Assembly: GCA_951406725.2 (NCBI GenBank) | Contig: OX597826.1 | Coordinates: 42,966,001 to 43,030,000 of the forward strand | Direction: 5' to 3' | Source: Octopus vulgaris | Taxonomy: Eukaryota | Length of the DNA stretch: 64,000 nucleotides | In this document: positions 26,828-37,930 of the stretch, piece by piece | How positions within the stretch are numbered: position 1 is the stretch's first letter | Layout of the letters: each line of letters opens with the position of its first letter | Made by a program: the position numbers and the translations under genes | Notes under the pieces: model-generated | Told to the model about the DNA's origin: nothing | Database searches by the model: none | What the model saw: only the letters and a program-made list of their open reading frames with translations

Positions 26828-28212
26828 TATATATATATATATATATATCACTAGTTTTTCCTCAGATTCTGCTATTTTGTTTGTGTAACTAGAATGGTTT
26901 GTGTAATTAGAATAAGTTTGTGTACAAGTGGATATCTATAAGAGAAGTAGTACTGGGTATCAATCAAAGAATAAAATAAAAGTGAAAACCATTTTCCAGG
27001 CCTATCAAACCCATTCTCATCCAAAAACAATAGTTGTAGAAATATATTTATTAATAACTGCAATGAAAAGCTATCAAAATTAGACAACGTTATATCTTGG
27101 AACAGATGAACTGAGTTACTTTTTAGTGACAGCGCCATTTTTGGATACAATTCCAACTTCAAAGTGTTCCTGTTTATTGCAACAACTATGAGAAAAACAC
27201 AACAGTCACACAGTTATTAAATTTTATTCAAACAGTCTCTGGAACATTTTCACTTCCGTCAGGAAACAATGACAAGCAAGCAAGTTCATATTAAATATAA
27301 GGCACAGTTTCGTCATAATTGGAAATACACAGAAAAATTGTTTGCTTCCTTGATAAAAAGGAAAACAATTAGTCTTCGAGAATTGACAGCCTTGTGAAGA
27401 TGCTGCATTATTGTTTCTTTTTTTAAAATTAAAATCTTATTTTGCATGTCTCTAGCCATTATTATTATTTATTTTTTTTGTTTGTTATTTTGTTGAAGCT
27501 AATATTATGAATAGAAATATTGAAAAATATAATAATAATTTGACTGAATTAAGAGTGTTGTAAAAAGAAATAGTTGTTATTTTTGAGTAAACAAAGATTC
27601 CCTTGAGGTTGGACATGTTGATTAGAAACTTATCTGCAACCAGTATTGTCACAAATTAATTAGCTATCTGGCTACTGCCAATTATTGTTGCTTACCATAA
27701 CTCAACACAACAATAAATTAAAAATAATATAAAATACAAAAACAAACAAAAGAAACCAACAGCAAAAAACAAACTATATCACAAAAGTATTTCTACCTTT
27801 ATCAAGAGAATAATCTCTTCTCATAGCTGTAATGAATGTAGAAGCTAGATCTTATATGGAGTCTGTGATTGAGCCTTTTGAGATTCACTGGGTTATTAAT
27901 AGCATTGGAAGAAGAGAGACGGTAGCATTCATGACCATACTTCTTTTTTATGGTCTCTGAGACTTGAATGAAAAAGAGAGTCAGAAGCCATGAGCCTGAA
28001 TGGATTGTAGGTGCCTAAGGGTCAGGTTGTAATACTGTCACGGATTAAGTCCATCCACAATCTCCTACATCCACATACATTCTGCTTGTTTAGTTTCTCT
28101 CACAAGACTTGGAGCAAACCAAAGTCATGATAGAAGGTGCCGTGTGCAATGGAAATGAACTTGAAACCATTTGGCTGTGAAGTTAACTGCGAGAAGTCTG
28201 TAGAGGGAATTA

Positions 28213-28554
28213 AAGGTAAAGACCCCCTTCAGTCATAAATGACCATGGGATTGCACCTAGGAAGTTTCCTTCTGAGGCACAAGTCCGGGCAAGGTAGTTT
28301 ATGGAAGACCAGGAGTCACCCATGCATATCAGCCTCTCCTCTCTGCACCACTGATGTTATCCAAAGGAAAGGCGAAGGCTAATACAGCTTGGAACCAGTG
28401 ATGTTGCTATTCATTTCTACTGCTGAGTGAACTGGAGCAACATGAAATAAAGTGTCTTGCTCAAGAACACAACACACAGCCTGGTCTGGGAATTGAACTC
28501 ATTACCTCATGATTGTGAGCTCGACACTCTAACCACCGAGCCATGCACTTTCAC
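28213..28554 (-). mobile_element. tRNA-derived CORE-type SINE, full length
   Basis: A and B boxes, CORE-like segment, CTTTACCTTT tail; TSD AGGGAATTA at 28204-28212 and 28555-28563. Confidence 0.85.
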
Positions 28555-28700
28555 AGGGAATTAGTGAATATATAAATTCCATATATTAACTCTTTTGGTT
28601 CCAACACACTCAAAACCACCCCTGGTTCTATGATGCAAAACTTTCAGGTTTAAAGCAATCTAAATTTAAACTTCCCATCGAGATTACAATTTGTAGTATA

Positions 28701-29040
28701 CTCTTTTACTGGCTTCAGTCATTTGACTGCAGCCATGCTGGAGCACCGCCTTTAGTCGAGCAAATCGACCCCAGAACTTATTCTTTGTTAAGCCTAGTAC
28801 TTATTCTATCTGTCTCTTTTGCCGAACTGCTAAGTTACGAAGACGTAAACACACCAGCATTGGTTGTCAAGCAATGTTGGGGGGGACAAACACAGACACA
28901 CAAACATACACACACACACACATATATATACGATGGGCTTCTTTCAGTTTCCGTCTACCAAATTACACTCATTAGGCTTTGGTTGGCCTGAGGCTATAGT
29001 AGAAGATACTTGCCCAAGGTGCCACGCAGTGGGACTGAAC
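28701..29040 (-). mobile_element. SINE family A, 5' truncated
   Basis: High identity to family A. Confidence 0.85.
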
Positions 29041-29503
29041 AAATAATATTGAATAGTGTATGACTATATTTGAGACGGCATGACTAAAATAAGTTATATT
29101 TGTGGTCCAGGCAAACTGATGTATAATAAAGATTTCTAATCAATATGATAATGTCACATTTTTCTATGACATCAATAATACAGAAAACGTTCATTCTGTT
29201 TCATAAGCATGCTCAAGATCTTATCGATTAAGGTGGTTTCCTAGTTTACTAACATGTTGAAATGATTTACAAGTAAAAATCTTAAACCAAACCGAGAAAG
29301 CAAAAGGACAAAGTATACTTAAATTCTATTTATAAATTGCTATGGACTTCAGTTTTTGTATGCACACTACTGCTAAACGGACCGACACACCTTAGAATTA
29401 TATTTGTGTTTCAATAAAACCACTATAATAGGTAATAACACAAAGGTGTTCCAGCTGTAGCCACCCAATCAATATATTTCTTAAAATATATGTTAAAATA
29501 TAA

Positions 29504-29683
29504 TGTTGTGTCTGGGGAGAGTCATTTTCTTTTTGTGCCTTACGATTTAACACACTCACCGGTAAAAATTTCCACTTACTTCTTATTTTTATTTTCCTAA
29601 AATTTTCATTGCGTGGAAATTTTACCAGTGAGTGTGTTAAATCATAAGGCACAAAAAGAAAATGACTCTCCCCAGACACAACA
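29504..29683. repeat. Near-perfect ~72-bp inverted repeat with a 37-bp spacer
   Basis: 29504-29575 matches the reverse complement of 29613-29683. Confidence 0.95.
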
Positions 29684-30119
29684 GAATATGCTTCAACACA
29701 TGAACTCATATAGAGAATCTTGCAAACCAAATCCAAAAATGAAATTAAAATATAATGTTAAATCTGTTATATATGTGCAGGTATAGTTGTATGGTAAGAA
29801 TTTTGCTTCTCAACCATATGGTTCCAGGTTCAGTCCCACTGTATGGCATCCTAGGCAATTATCTTCTTTGATAGCTTCAGACCAACCAGAGCCTTATGAT
29901 GGTATTTGGGAGATGGAAACTGAAAGAAGCCCACTGTGTGTGTGTGTGTTTGTGTGTACATTATCATCATTATTTAAAACAGTTTGATTCAACTTCATGC
30001 AGGGAGTTGAATGAAACTGTTTAAAAAAATAATCCCTACTAAATGTTTTGAGTGCCTTTTGCGTTTGTTTGTCCACTAGTATATATATATCTGTGTGTGT
30101 GCAAAACGTTGACTCGTTA

Positions 30120-30350
30120 GGTATAAAAGGTACCTAAATTTACCAGTTTGTCATTAATTTCCCGAATGCAGCAAGCCTACCAAGACTGACACAAAATCAG
30201 AGGGAGCAAGCCATCAGATATCTGGTCAACATTCATAGATCATTGCTAATAATCTGAACTGCAGTGACTGAGCAGCTGAGGGAGTGATATAATGCCACAA
30301 ACAGCATGGATGATCGTCCACACAGTGGCCGACCAAGGGCTACAATGGCA
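30120..30350 (+). pseudogene. Decayed Tc1-like transposase N-terminus
   Basis: Reads PRLTQNQREQAIRYL.../IANNLNCS/EQLRE*YNATNSMDDRPHSGRPRAT, including the Tc1 GRPR motif; TATAAAA at 30122. Confidence 0.8.
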
Positions 30351-30884
30351 TGTCATATCCTGAAGCTGAGTACTACTGGGAAATATGGGTTAAAATATTG
30401 TAAGATGCATCACCAACAGTTTGATAAAATAATTGATGCCACAAAGATTATTTATTTCCATAAGTCTATACGTCTATTTTGAAACAAAGCATGCAATAAC
30501 AAACCAATATTTGATAATGAAATGTCAGAGTATGTGTCTGTGTAAAAAAAATACAAAAAAAAAAAACTAGTAATGAAACTATTTACATTCTCATCCTTCC
30601 ATATGGGAGGATGATTGATGACAATAATGTGGTTGTGTGGTTAAGAATTTTGCTTCCCAATCACAGGATTTTGGAGTCAGTCCCTTGGTGTGCAACCTTG
30701 GACAAGTGTCTTCTACTATAGCTTCAGGTTGGCCAAAGCCTTGTGAGTAGATTTGGTAGACAGAAGCCGAAAGGAGTCTGTTGTGTACGTGTGTATATGT
30801 ACTCACACACACACACACACCACATAAGTTCTGGCAAGTTTGAATGTAAAATAACTGTCATTATTAAGCTGGTGTTTGGATCAT

Positions 30885-31217
30885 GAAGGTGCATGGCTCA
30901 GTGGTTAGAGCATTGAACTTACGACCGTGAGGTTGTGAGTTCAAATCCCGGACCGGGCTGCGTGTTGTGTTCTTGAGCAAGACACTTTATTATACGTTGC
31001 TTCAGTTCACTCAGCTGTAGAAATGAGTTGCAACGTCACTGGTGCCAAGGTGTATCGGCCTTTGCCTTTCCCTTGGATAACATCGGTGGTGTGGAGAGGG
31101 GAGGCAATTGCTGGTCTTCCATAAACAACCTTGCCCGGACTTGTGCCTCGGAGGGTAACTTTCTAGGTGCAATCCTATGGTCATTCGTGACTGAAGGCAA
31201 TTTCTGATTCCAATTCA
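30885..31217 (+). mobile_element. CORE-type SINE inserted in a P2 MITE
   Basis: A box TGGCTCAGTGG, B box GAGTTCAAATCCC; 13-bp TSD GTGTTTGGATCAT; same subfamily as 28213-28554. Confidence 0.85.
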
Positions 31218-33256
31218 GTGTTTGGATCATAAATTAACAGCAAAGTTTGCTGGAGAGTTTAAATTTAGATCACTTTAACCCCACGTTTTTTTTTACCATA
31301 TTTCTAACCAAAAATACTGCTTTGTTTCAATTAATTTTGAAAATAACGAAGAATTTAGTAGAATAGCTTTATCATATGAAACTGGTGTTTGGAATATATA
31401 TTTAAAGAAAATTTTGTGGAAGGTTTAATTTATATAACTTTAAAAACAAGAAGTTAGCATCATAGAATCAGAGGTCTCTCAGGCAGGTTGATATCAAAAG
31501 GTTAAAGAGAAGAGAAGATCTGAAGAAGATGCAGAAAACAGAATGAAATTTTTATCGAACATTTGTCGCTTCAGTTTCTATATGATCTTGCATCAAACTT
31601 TACACGAGAATGTCTATCTTCAATCTCACAATCAAACAGTCTTGAAAAACATGAAAATTTGCTTCCAGTAACTGACAGATATCCAGTAAGATAGAAATCA
31701 GATCACACTATATGTGTGTGTGTATATTTAGTCAACAGATATATATATATCTGGATCAGGAAACAATCTACTAAATCATTCTACCTTTACAAACATAAAC
31801 AGATCCTATCTGTATCTAGCTTGGAGTTTGGTATTGGATGATTTAAAATAAAAAGATGTGTGCAGTGAAGTGGAACTTTTACTATGTAGAGCAAGAATCC
31901 CTTATAAACAAACCTATAGCAAAAACCAAAAAAAAAAAGACCTCACCAAAAGAAAAACAAGGGAAATCAGTATCCAATATCTTATTCCCATTTCATGGTT
32001 GGTTGGTTAGTAATAGGCATGGAATCCAGTCATATAAACAATTGTTCCAACAATATGCTAATTTCCAAATCTACCAAAAGACAAAAAACCAAAAAGAATC
32101 CCCTCCCCTTCCTCAATACTAATAATGAAGAACTGAAGATAAAATCCAAAACATACACAGTTATCATATCTTTCATACATTTTGGAACAAATAGCAAGTA
32201 AGCAGTTTGAAGGCAAACTGCAGGGCATAATAAAACAATATTACAAAAATTAATTAAATGATACCTTTACACATTAATAATTTGATTTCGTTATCTTTCG
32301 CACTTCGTATCTATTGTTTCTCACAAACAAAACCCCACTACTTCTCCCTTTTGCTAACAACCCTTTACTTCTTTCTCATTCACTAACATTTTTCTCTCTC
32401 TGTCCCTGTCAGTCTCTCCCACTCTCTGTTATTCTCTCTCTCTCTCTCCCTCATTCTGTTTCTCTAAGAACCATCCCCATCTTTGTAAATAGGTACCACA
32501 AATAGCTGCAGTCCATCACTAGAAACAATTGGAACATCATAATTGATGATGATTCCATGGGTGGAGTCTTTAAACAAGATGGACTCTCCCTAACTGATTG
32601 GTTTCTGTATGATTCATTTTTTTGAAATGATGCTTCCAAAACTGAAAGTAGTTGTGAATTACAAGTGACTAATTCATATTCTTATTCTCTTTAATATGCT
32701 TATTACACTATGTATTCCGAATAGAGTAATTTATTTTATATATAAAATCCTTGCATTTTATATAATATTCTAACCAAATATGATATCATATATTCTTATA
32801 TATGCTGGTATCACATTAAAAGCACTGGTACTGGTGCCACATAAAAGGCACCCAGTACACTATGTAAAAGTGATTGGCATTAGGAAGGGCATCCAGCCAT
32901 AGAAAACATGCCAGGACAGACAATGGAGCCTGGTGTGGACCCCAGCCTTACCAGCTCCTGTCAAACCATCCAACCCATGTTAGCAAGGGATGATGATGAT
33001 GATTCTCTTGATTTGAGGATACAGAATTAAATTTACAGATTGCAATACTCCCCAATCTAGGCCTTGGGTATTTTTTGCTCACCAAATGTTGAGTAAAGAA
33101 CATTATTATACTTTTACAACAGATATATTGGATGTGCAATGAAGAATCAAAGAAAAGATCTTCTAAATCCCTAATATAAGGGCCTATTTTTAGTTCTGGT
33201 TTCATGTTAGGAAGTAGTTCAGAGAGAAGTCTCATACTGGATATGACTCCAATCAA

Positions 33257-33690
33257 ACATAGGTGATACTTCTGGATGATTACCTGTTTCCGACAACTAG
33301 GTGAACAGAGTTACTATAGGATGCTGGTCTGTCATACATAGGTAACATTCCAGATGAATTGGGTAACTATTACTGACAGCTAAGTGAACTGAGATGCTGT
33401 TAGATGTTGGTCTATCAGTTAACATTCCTGCTGACCTGGTTGACTATTACTGGGGAACTTGGTGAACTAAAATAATGTAGATGGATAGTTTATCACAACC
33501 AGATGATCTGGTAAGAATTACTGGAAGTTAAATGAACTGAGACACCATGGTGTGTTGGTTTATCACAGGCAACATCTTTTGATCTGAAAATTATCACTGC
33601 CAGCTATGTGAACTGAGATAATATAATGTATACAATGAAATGCCAGCACTAGATTTGAACTCTTAACCTATGCATTCAATATCATACATA
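33257..33690 (-). repeat. Degenerate ~70-80-bp tandem array, probably derived from an old CORE-SINE
   Basis: Five units share AGGTAACATTCCAGATGA...ATTACTG...GTGAACTGAG; the last unit runs into GATTTGAACTC (reverse B box). Confidence 0.6.
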
Positions 33691-34029
33691 CCCAAGCATA
33701 TTTTCTCTCTGCCTGGAGTAATGGTTCATGATGGTTAACCACATGTCTCATGGTCATGGCAGATGAGGAAGTATTTTGTGGAGAAGGGAACTGACGGGGG
33801 CACTGCTTGGAAAATTACTCAAGAAGACCCAGGATGCAAGAACATGCCGTGAAGGTGCATGGCCCCATATCTGACCTGATCTTAACATGAACAAGCACAA
33901 CAATTCAATGTTTTGGCTACATACAACACAATGAAACAGCACTGCATCATGTTGCTTGATGTATCTATATTACGGAGATGTACTTGCATAACAAGCGATT
34001 TGATCTGAGATCGTGTGCTGGAACGAAAA

Positions 34030-34144
34030 CAATTGCAGCATGGAAGGTGTTTATTTTGACAAATTAAACTTAAATGTTGAAGTGAATCGAACAACTTTTG
34101 TGTGTTTCTTAAATGGCTTACAAACACCTTTCACGCTGCAATTG
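34030..34144. repeat. 25-bp inverted repeat, 22/25 matches
   Basis: CAATTGCAGCATGGAAGGTGTTTAT versus ACAAACACCTTTCACGCTGCAATTG. Confidence 0.85.
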
Positions 34145-34179
34145 TATCTATATTATTTATCTGATATATTTGTAACTAG

Positions 34180-34470
34180 GCAAATCTGGTACAGACTGAA
34201 GACCAGTGTGTACATAAGCATTTATACCATCTTTGGCAGTAGGGATCTCTGTTGGTTCAGGATCATAATTCATCTGCATGTATATGAGCAGGCTGGGGTA
34301 AGAATTTTTTTAGGAATGCTGAAGGCTGTCAATGCATAGAAGTCTTCCTCTTCAATGATACTGATATTACCCAAGGAGAATGAGGTTGAATGTGATGGCT
34401 TTTCTACGGAATAAAGCTTGGCACCAGTTTTCTCACAGATGTTACTGTCAGAACACAAAGATCTAGAACA
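34180..34470 (-). pseudogene. Possible highly decayed Gypsy RT/RNase H junction
   Basis: TAFSIPKKILT.../NYDPEPTEIPTAKDG loosely resembles AF..LK..LT....L.HYDP....I...DAS. Confidence 0.3.
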
Positions 34471-34493
34471 GATACTGTAAAACATCTTGTAAT

Positions 34494-34892
34494 AGGTGCA
34501 GGAGTAGCTTGCTAACCAACCACATGGTTCCAGGTTCGGTCCCACTGCGTGGCATCTTGGGCAAGTGTCTTCTGCTATAGTCCTGGGCCAACCAATGCCT
34601 TGTGAGTGGATTTGGTAGACGGAAACTGAAAGAAGCCTGTCGTATATATGTATATATATATATATAAGTGTGTGTGTATATGTTTGTGTGTCTGTGTTTG
34701 TCCCCCTAGCATTGCATGACAACCGATGCTGGTGTGTTTACGTCCCCGTCACTTAGCGGTTCGGCAAAAGAGACCGATAGAATAAGTACTGGGCTTACAA
34801 AGAATAAGTCCCAGGGTCGATTTGCTTGACTAAAGGCGGTGTTCCAGCATGGCTGCAGTCAAATGACTGAAACAAGTTAAAGAGTAAAGAGT
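34494..34892 (+). mobile_element. SINE family A, full length
   Basis: High identity to family A; possible TSD GTAATA. Confidence 0.9.
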
Positions 34893-35605
34893 AATAGTTT
34901 TGCTAACAAACTGCTCAGGATCGTCACTTTCTTATCGACCCTGAAACGATGAAGAATGAAGCTGATCTCGGCAGGATTTGAACTCAGAGAGCAGGGAATC
35001 GGAACAAATATCACAAAGCATTTTATTCAACAATCTAATGATTTTTGCCAATCTCCTGTCTTTACACCATACATGGTGTCTAAACTTGATGCCGCAATTA
35101 GTTTATTACACACTCATCTAAATCAAATAATATTTCATGTTTGTCCATTCTTAATAGTTAGCATAGAAATATTAAAATGACTGAATAAAGACAGACAGAG
35201 AGCAAATATGAAAAACTAATTTATGAGCTAGCAAAACATGTTTAAGTGTGCATTGATAAAAACACAGAGCTAAATAATAACACCCACGCAAGGCGTGAGA
35301 AAAACCGACCATAAAACGAATAAATTGTGAGAACAAAATAAATAGATTTACAAATGGTTTCTTGCATAAATAAAATAATAATTAGAGGAGGAGGAGGGGG
35401 GAGTAATAAAACCCTGACCTTTGGTGTTTGTTATATTAACCACGGAAAGATGAAAAGCAAAGCCAATATTCAGAAAATTTGGATTCAGAAAGAAAGACAG
35501 AAAGAAAGAGAAAGAGAGAGAGAGAGAGGGAGGGAGAAAGAGAGAGAGGGAGAAAGAGAGAGAGAGAGAGAAAGAGGGAGGGAGAGAGAACGAGAAAGAG
35601 AGAGA

Positions 35606-35661
<56 letters not shown>

Positions 35662-36342
35662 AACACATACATATATATATAATAAACCTTTACATATATA
35701 AATAACGTGAAATACACGAAGGGACGAACATAAGAGACAGACGGGTCATTCAAAGCCTTCGTTCTTCAGTCAGAAACCGATTCCTCATCGCAGATTTCGG
35801 CTGTATATATATATATATGTATATATGTATGTGTTGTTTATAATAGGGGAGCTTGAAGTAGATAAAGTTACGAATAGTAGTCTAAATATTGGGTTAAAAA
35901 TCCCTTTGGATGGAATAAGTCAAAAGCTGCATGTTTTTTTTTACCCAATATTTAAATGCTGTTATTTATAGCCTTATATGCTTTGAGCTCCACTGTTAAA
36001 AACGATTTATTTCATATCTCTCAAACATTCTAAATTCTTATGATGCAAAATATATGTATATCATCATTTTGTATCCACTTTTCTATGCCTGCATGGATCA
36101 GACAGGATTTGCCAAGCCAGATTTTTTTCCCCAACCAGATGCACTTCCTATCACCAAGCCACATCAGTTTTTCTCAAAGCAGCATAATATTTCCCCAAGG
36201 CCAGATATGTTTACACAGAAAATCAGAAACGAATGACACTGACCATTCGTTTACAACTATTGCATTATGCAACATCAACACAAGGAGGAATAAACACATG
36301 AACATCGAACCAAATATCAATGGAAACAGTAGTTGTGATACC

Positions 36343-36793
36343 TGTGCCGGTGACACATAAAAAGCACCATCCGAACGTGGCCGTTGCCAGTGCAGCCTCC
36401 ACTGGCTTCTGTGCCGGTGGCACATAAAAAGCACCATCCGAACGTGACCGATGCCAACCCTGCCTCGAATGGCTTCTGTGCCGGTGGCACATAAAAAGCA
36501 CCATCCGAACGTGGCTGATGCCAGCACCGCCTTGACTGGCTTCTGTGCCGGTGGCACATAAAAAAGCACCAACCGATCGTGGCCGATGCCAGACCCCTCT
36601 GGCAGCTGTGCAGGTGGCACGTAAAAAGCACTCACTACACTCGCGGAGTGGTTGGCGTTAGGAAGGGCATCCAGCTGTAGAGACACTGCCAGATCAGACT
36701 GGAGCCTGGGGCAGCCCCTGGCTCCCCAGACCTCCGGTCGAACCGCCAAACCCGTGCTAGCGCGGAAAACGGACATTAAACGATGATGATGAT
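36343..36793 (+). mobile_element. Retroelement 3' region (family D) with 67-bp internal tandem repeats and an (ATG)n tail
   Basis: Units start at 36343, 36410, 36477, 36544 and 36607; then TTGGCGTTAGGAAGGGCATCCAGC...TTAAACGATGATGATG. Confidence 0.85.
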
Positions 36794-36950
36794 GGCTGTG
36801 TGCGAGCTGTTTGCTTCTCACCCACATGGTTCCAGATTCAATCTCCCTGTGTGGCATCTTCAGCAAGTGTCTGCTAATATTGGCCCAGGCTGACCAAAGC
36901 CTTGCGAGTGGATTTGGTAGACAGAAACTGAAAGAAGCCAGAAACTGAAA

Positions 36951-37182
36951 AGACAGTGAGCTGGCAGAAGCGTTAGCACGCCAGGCGAAATGCTTACTGG
37001 TATTTCATCTGTCGCCACATTCTGAGTTCAAATTCCACCGAGGTCAACCTTGCCTTTCATCCTTTCGGGGTCGATTAAATAAGTATCAGTTACGTACTGA
37101 GGTCGATGTAATCGACTTAATCCCTTTGTCTGTCCTTGTTTGTCCTCTCTATGTTTAGCCCCTTGTGGGCAATAAAGAAATA
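36951..37182 (+). mobile_element. SINE family B nested in a SINE A head
   Basis: Flanked by the direct repeat AGAAACTGAAA; near-identical to 59251-59484. Confidence 0.85.
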
Positions 37183-37202
37183 AGAAACTGAAAGAAGCCC
37201 AT

Positions 37203-37252
<50 letters not shown>

Positions 37253-37556
37253 CCAACTAAGGAGACAAAGAAAGATCTTAACACACCTTTAACAAGCAGT
37301 TACAGTTGTTTCTGTACTAACTCTGCTTTCAATGACAGTAAAAGTGCCAAGTGAAAATTTATGTAATATTTTCAGTTTTACATAACATTAGCTAGGCACT
37401 ACTTCTGACCTGCATCAAAGATGTGTTCTTACATTGTAGATAGCCTAAAGCTCAGGCTGTGCAGCACTGGAAAGACTCCATCTTTCTAACCTCCTAGGAC
37501 CTTATATATATATACACACACACACACACATATATATACACACACACACACATATA

Positions 37557-37930
37557 TACAAGCAAAATTCCCCACCCCCGTCCAATGGATGGTGCTGAGT
37601 TGTCAAACATTTAAACCAAATTTTCTCAAAACAACTTGTCCGACCATCCCATAGGCCTCTCCTTTGAGAAACACTGATTTAACCGAAATTTGAGACACCA
37701 GCAAAAGACGGATTTCGACTGATGTACATGCATGTACAAATGCACGTTCCCATGGCTTTATCAATCGCATTCTCACCTGGAATCGATTTTTGTAATTCTT
37801 TCAAGACTTATACATGCCCTGATACCGTCGGTATTTACAAATCAAATTTGAGCGCAATCGGATGGCGGATGCCCAAGATCCTAGAAGACATGCACACAGA
37901 CAGACATAATGGATTTTATATAATATATAT
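37557..37930. mobile_element. Helitron/Helentron-type (DINE-like) non-autonomous element
   Basis: CpG-rich; characteristic end CAAATTTGAGCGCAATCGGATG...ACAGACAGACA...TTTTATATAATATATAT. Confidence 0.6.

Noticed and set aside
28030-28040. miR-8/200-like 5' sequence TAATACTGTCA
   Set aside because: Only 11 nt match and there is no precursor hairpin
32465-32640. IINYDVP motif (helicase-like) on the - strand and an acceptor-like site on the + strand
   Set aside because: Frames are closed by nearby stops and no other helicase motifs are present
35700-35805. CpG-rich island between (TA)n tracts with CTGAAGA and GAAA on the - strand
   Set aside because: Probably a mobile-element fragment, but the motifs do not assemble into a valid hammerhead within the retained sequence
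36343-36640. CRISPR-like repeat/spacer appearance
   Set aside because: The variable parts are short and related to each other, there are no cas genes, and the context is a eukaryotic retroelement
36174-36866. 230-aa ORF, the longest in the window
   Set aside because: It is the antisense reading of tandem repeats and a retroelement tail and spans unrelated repeats
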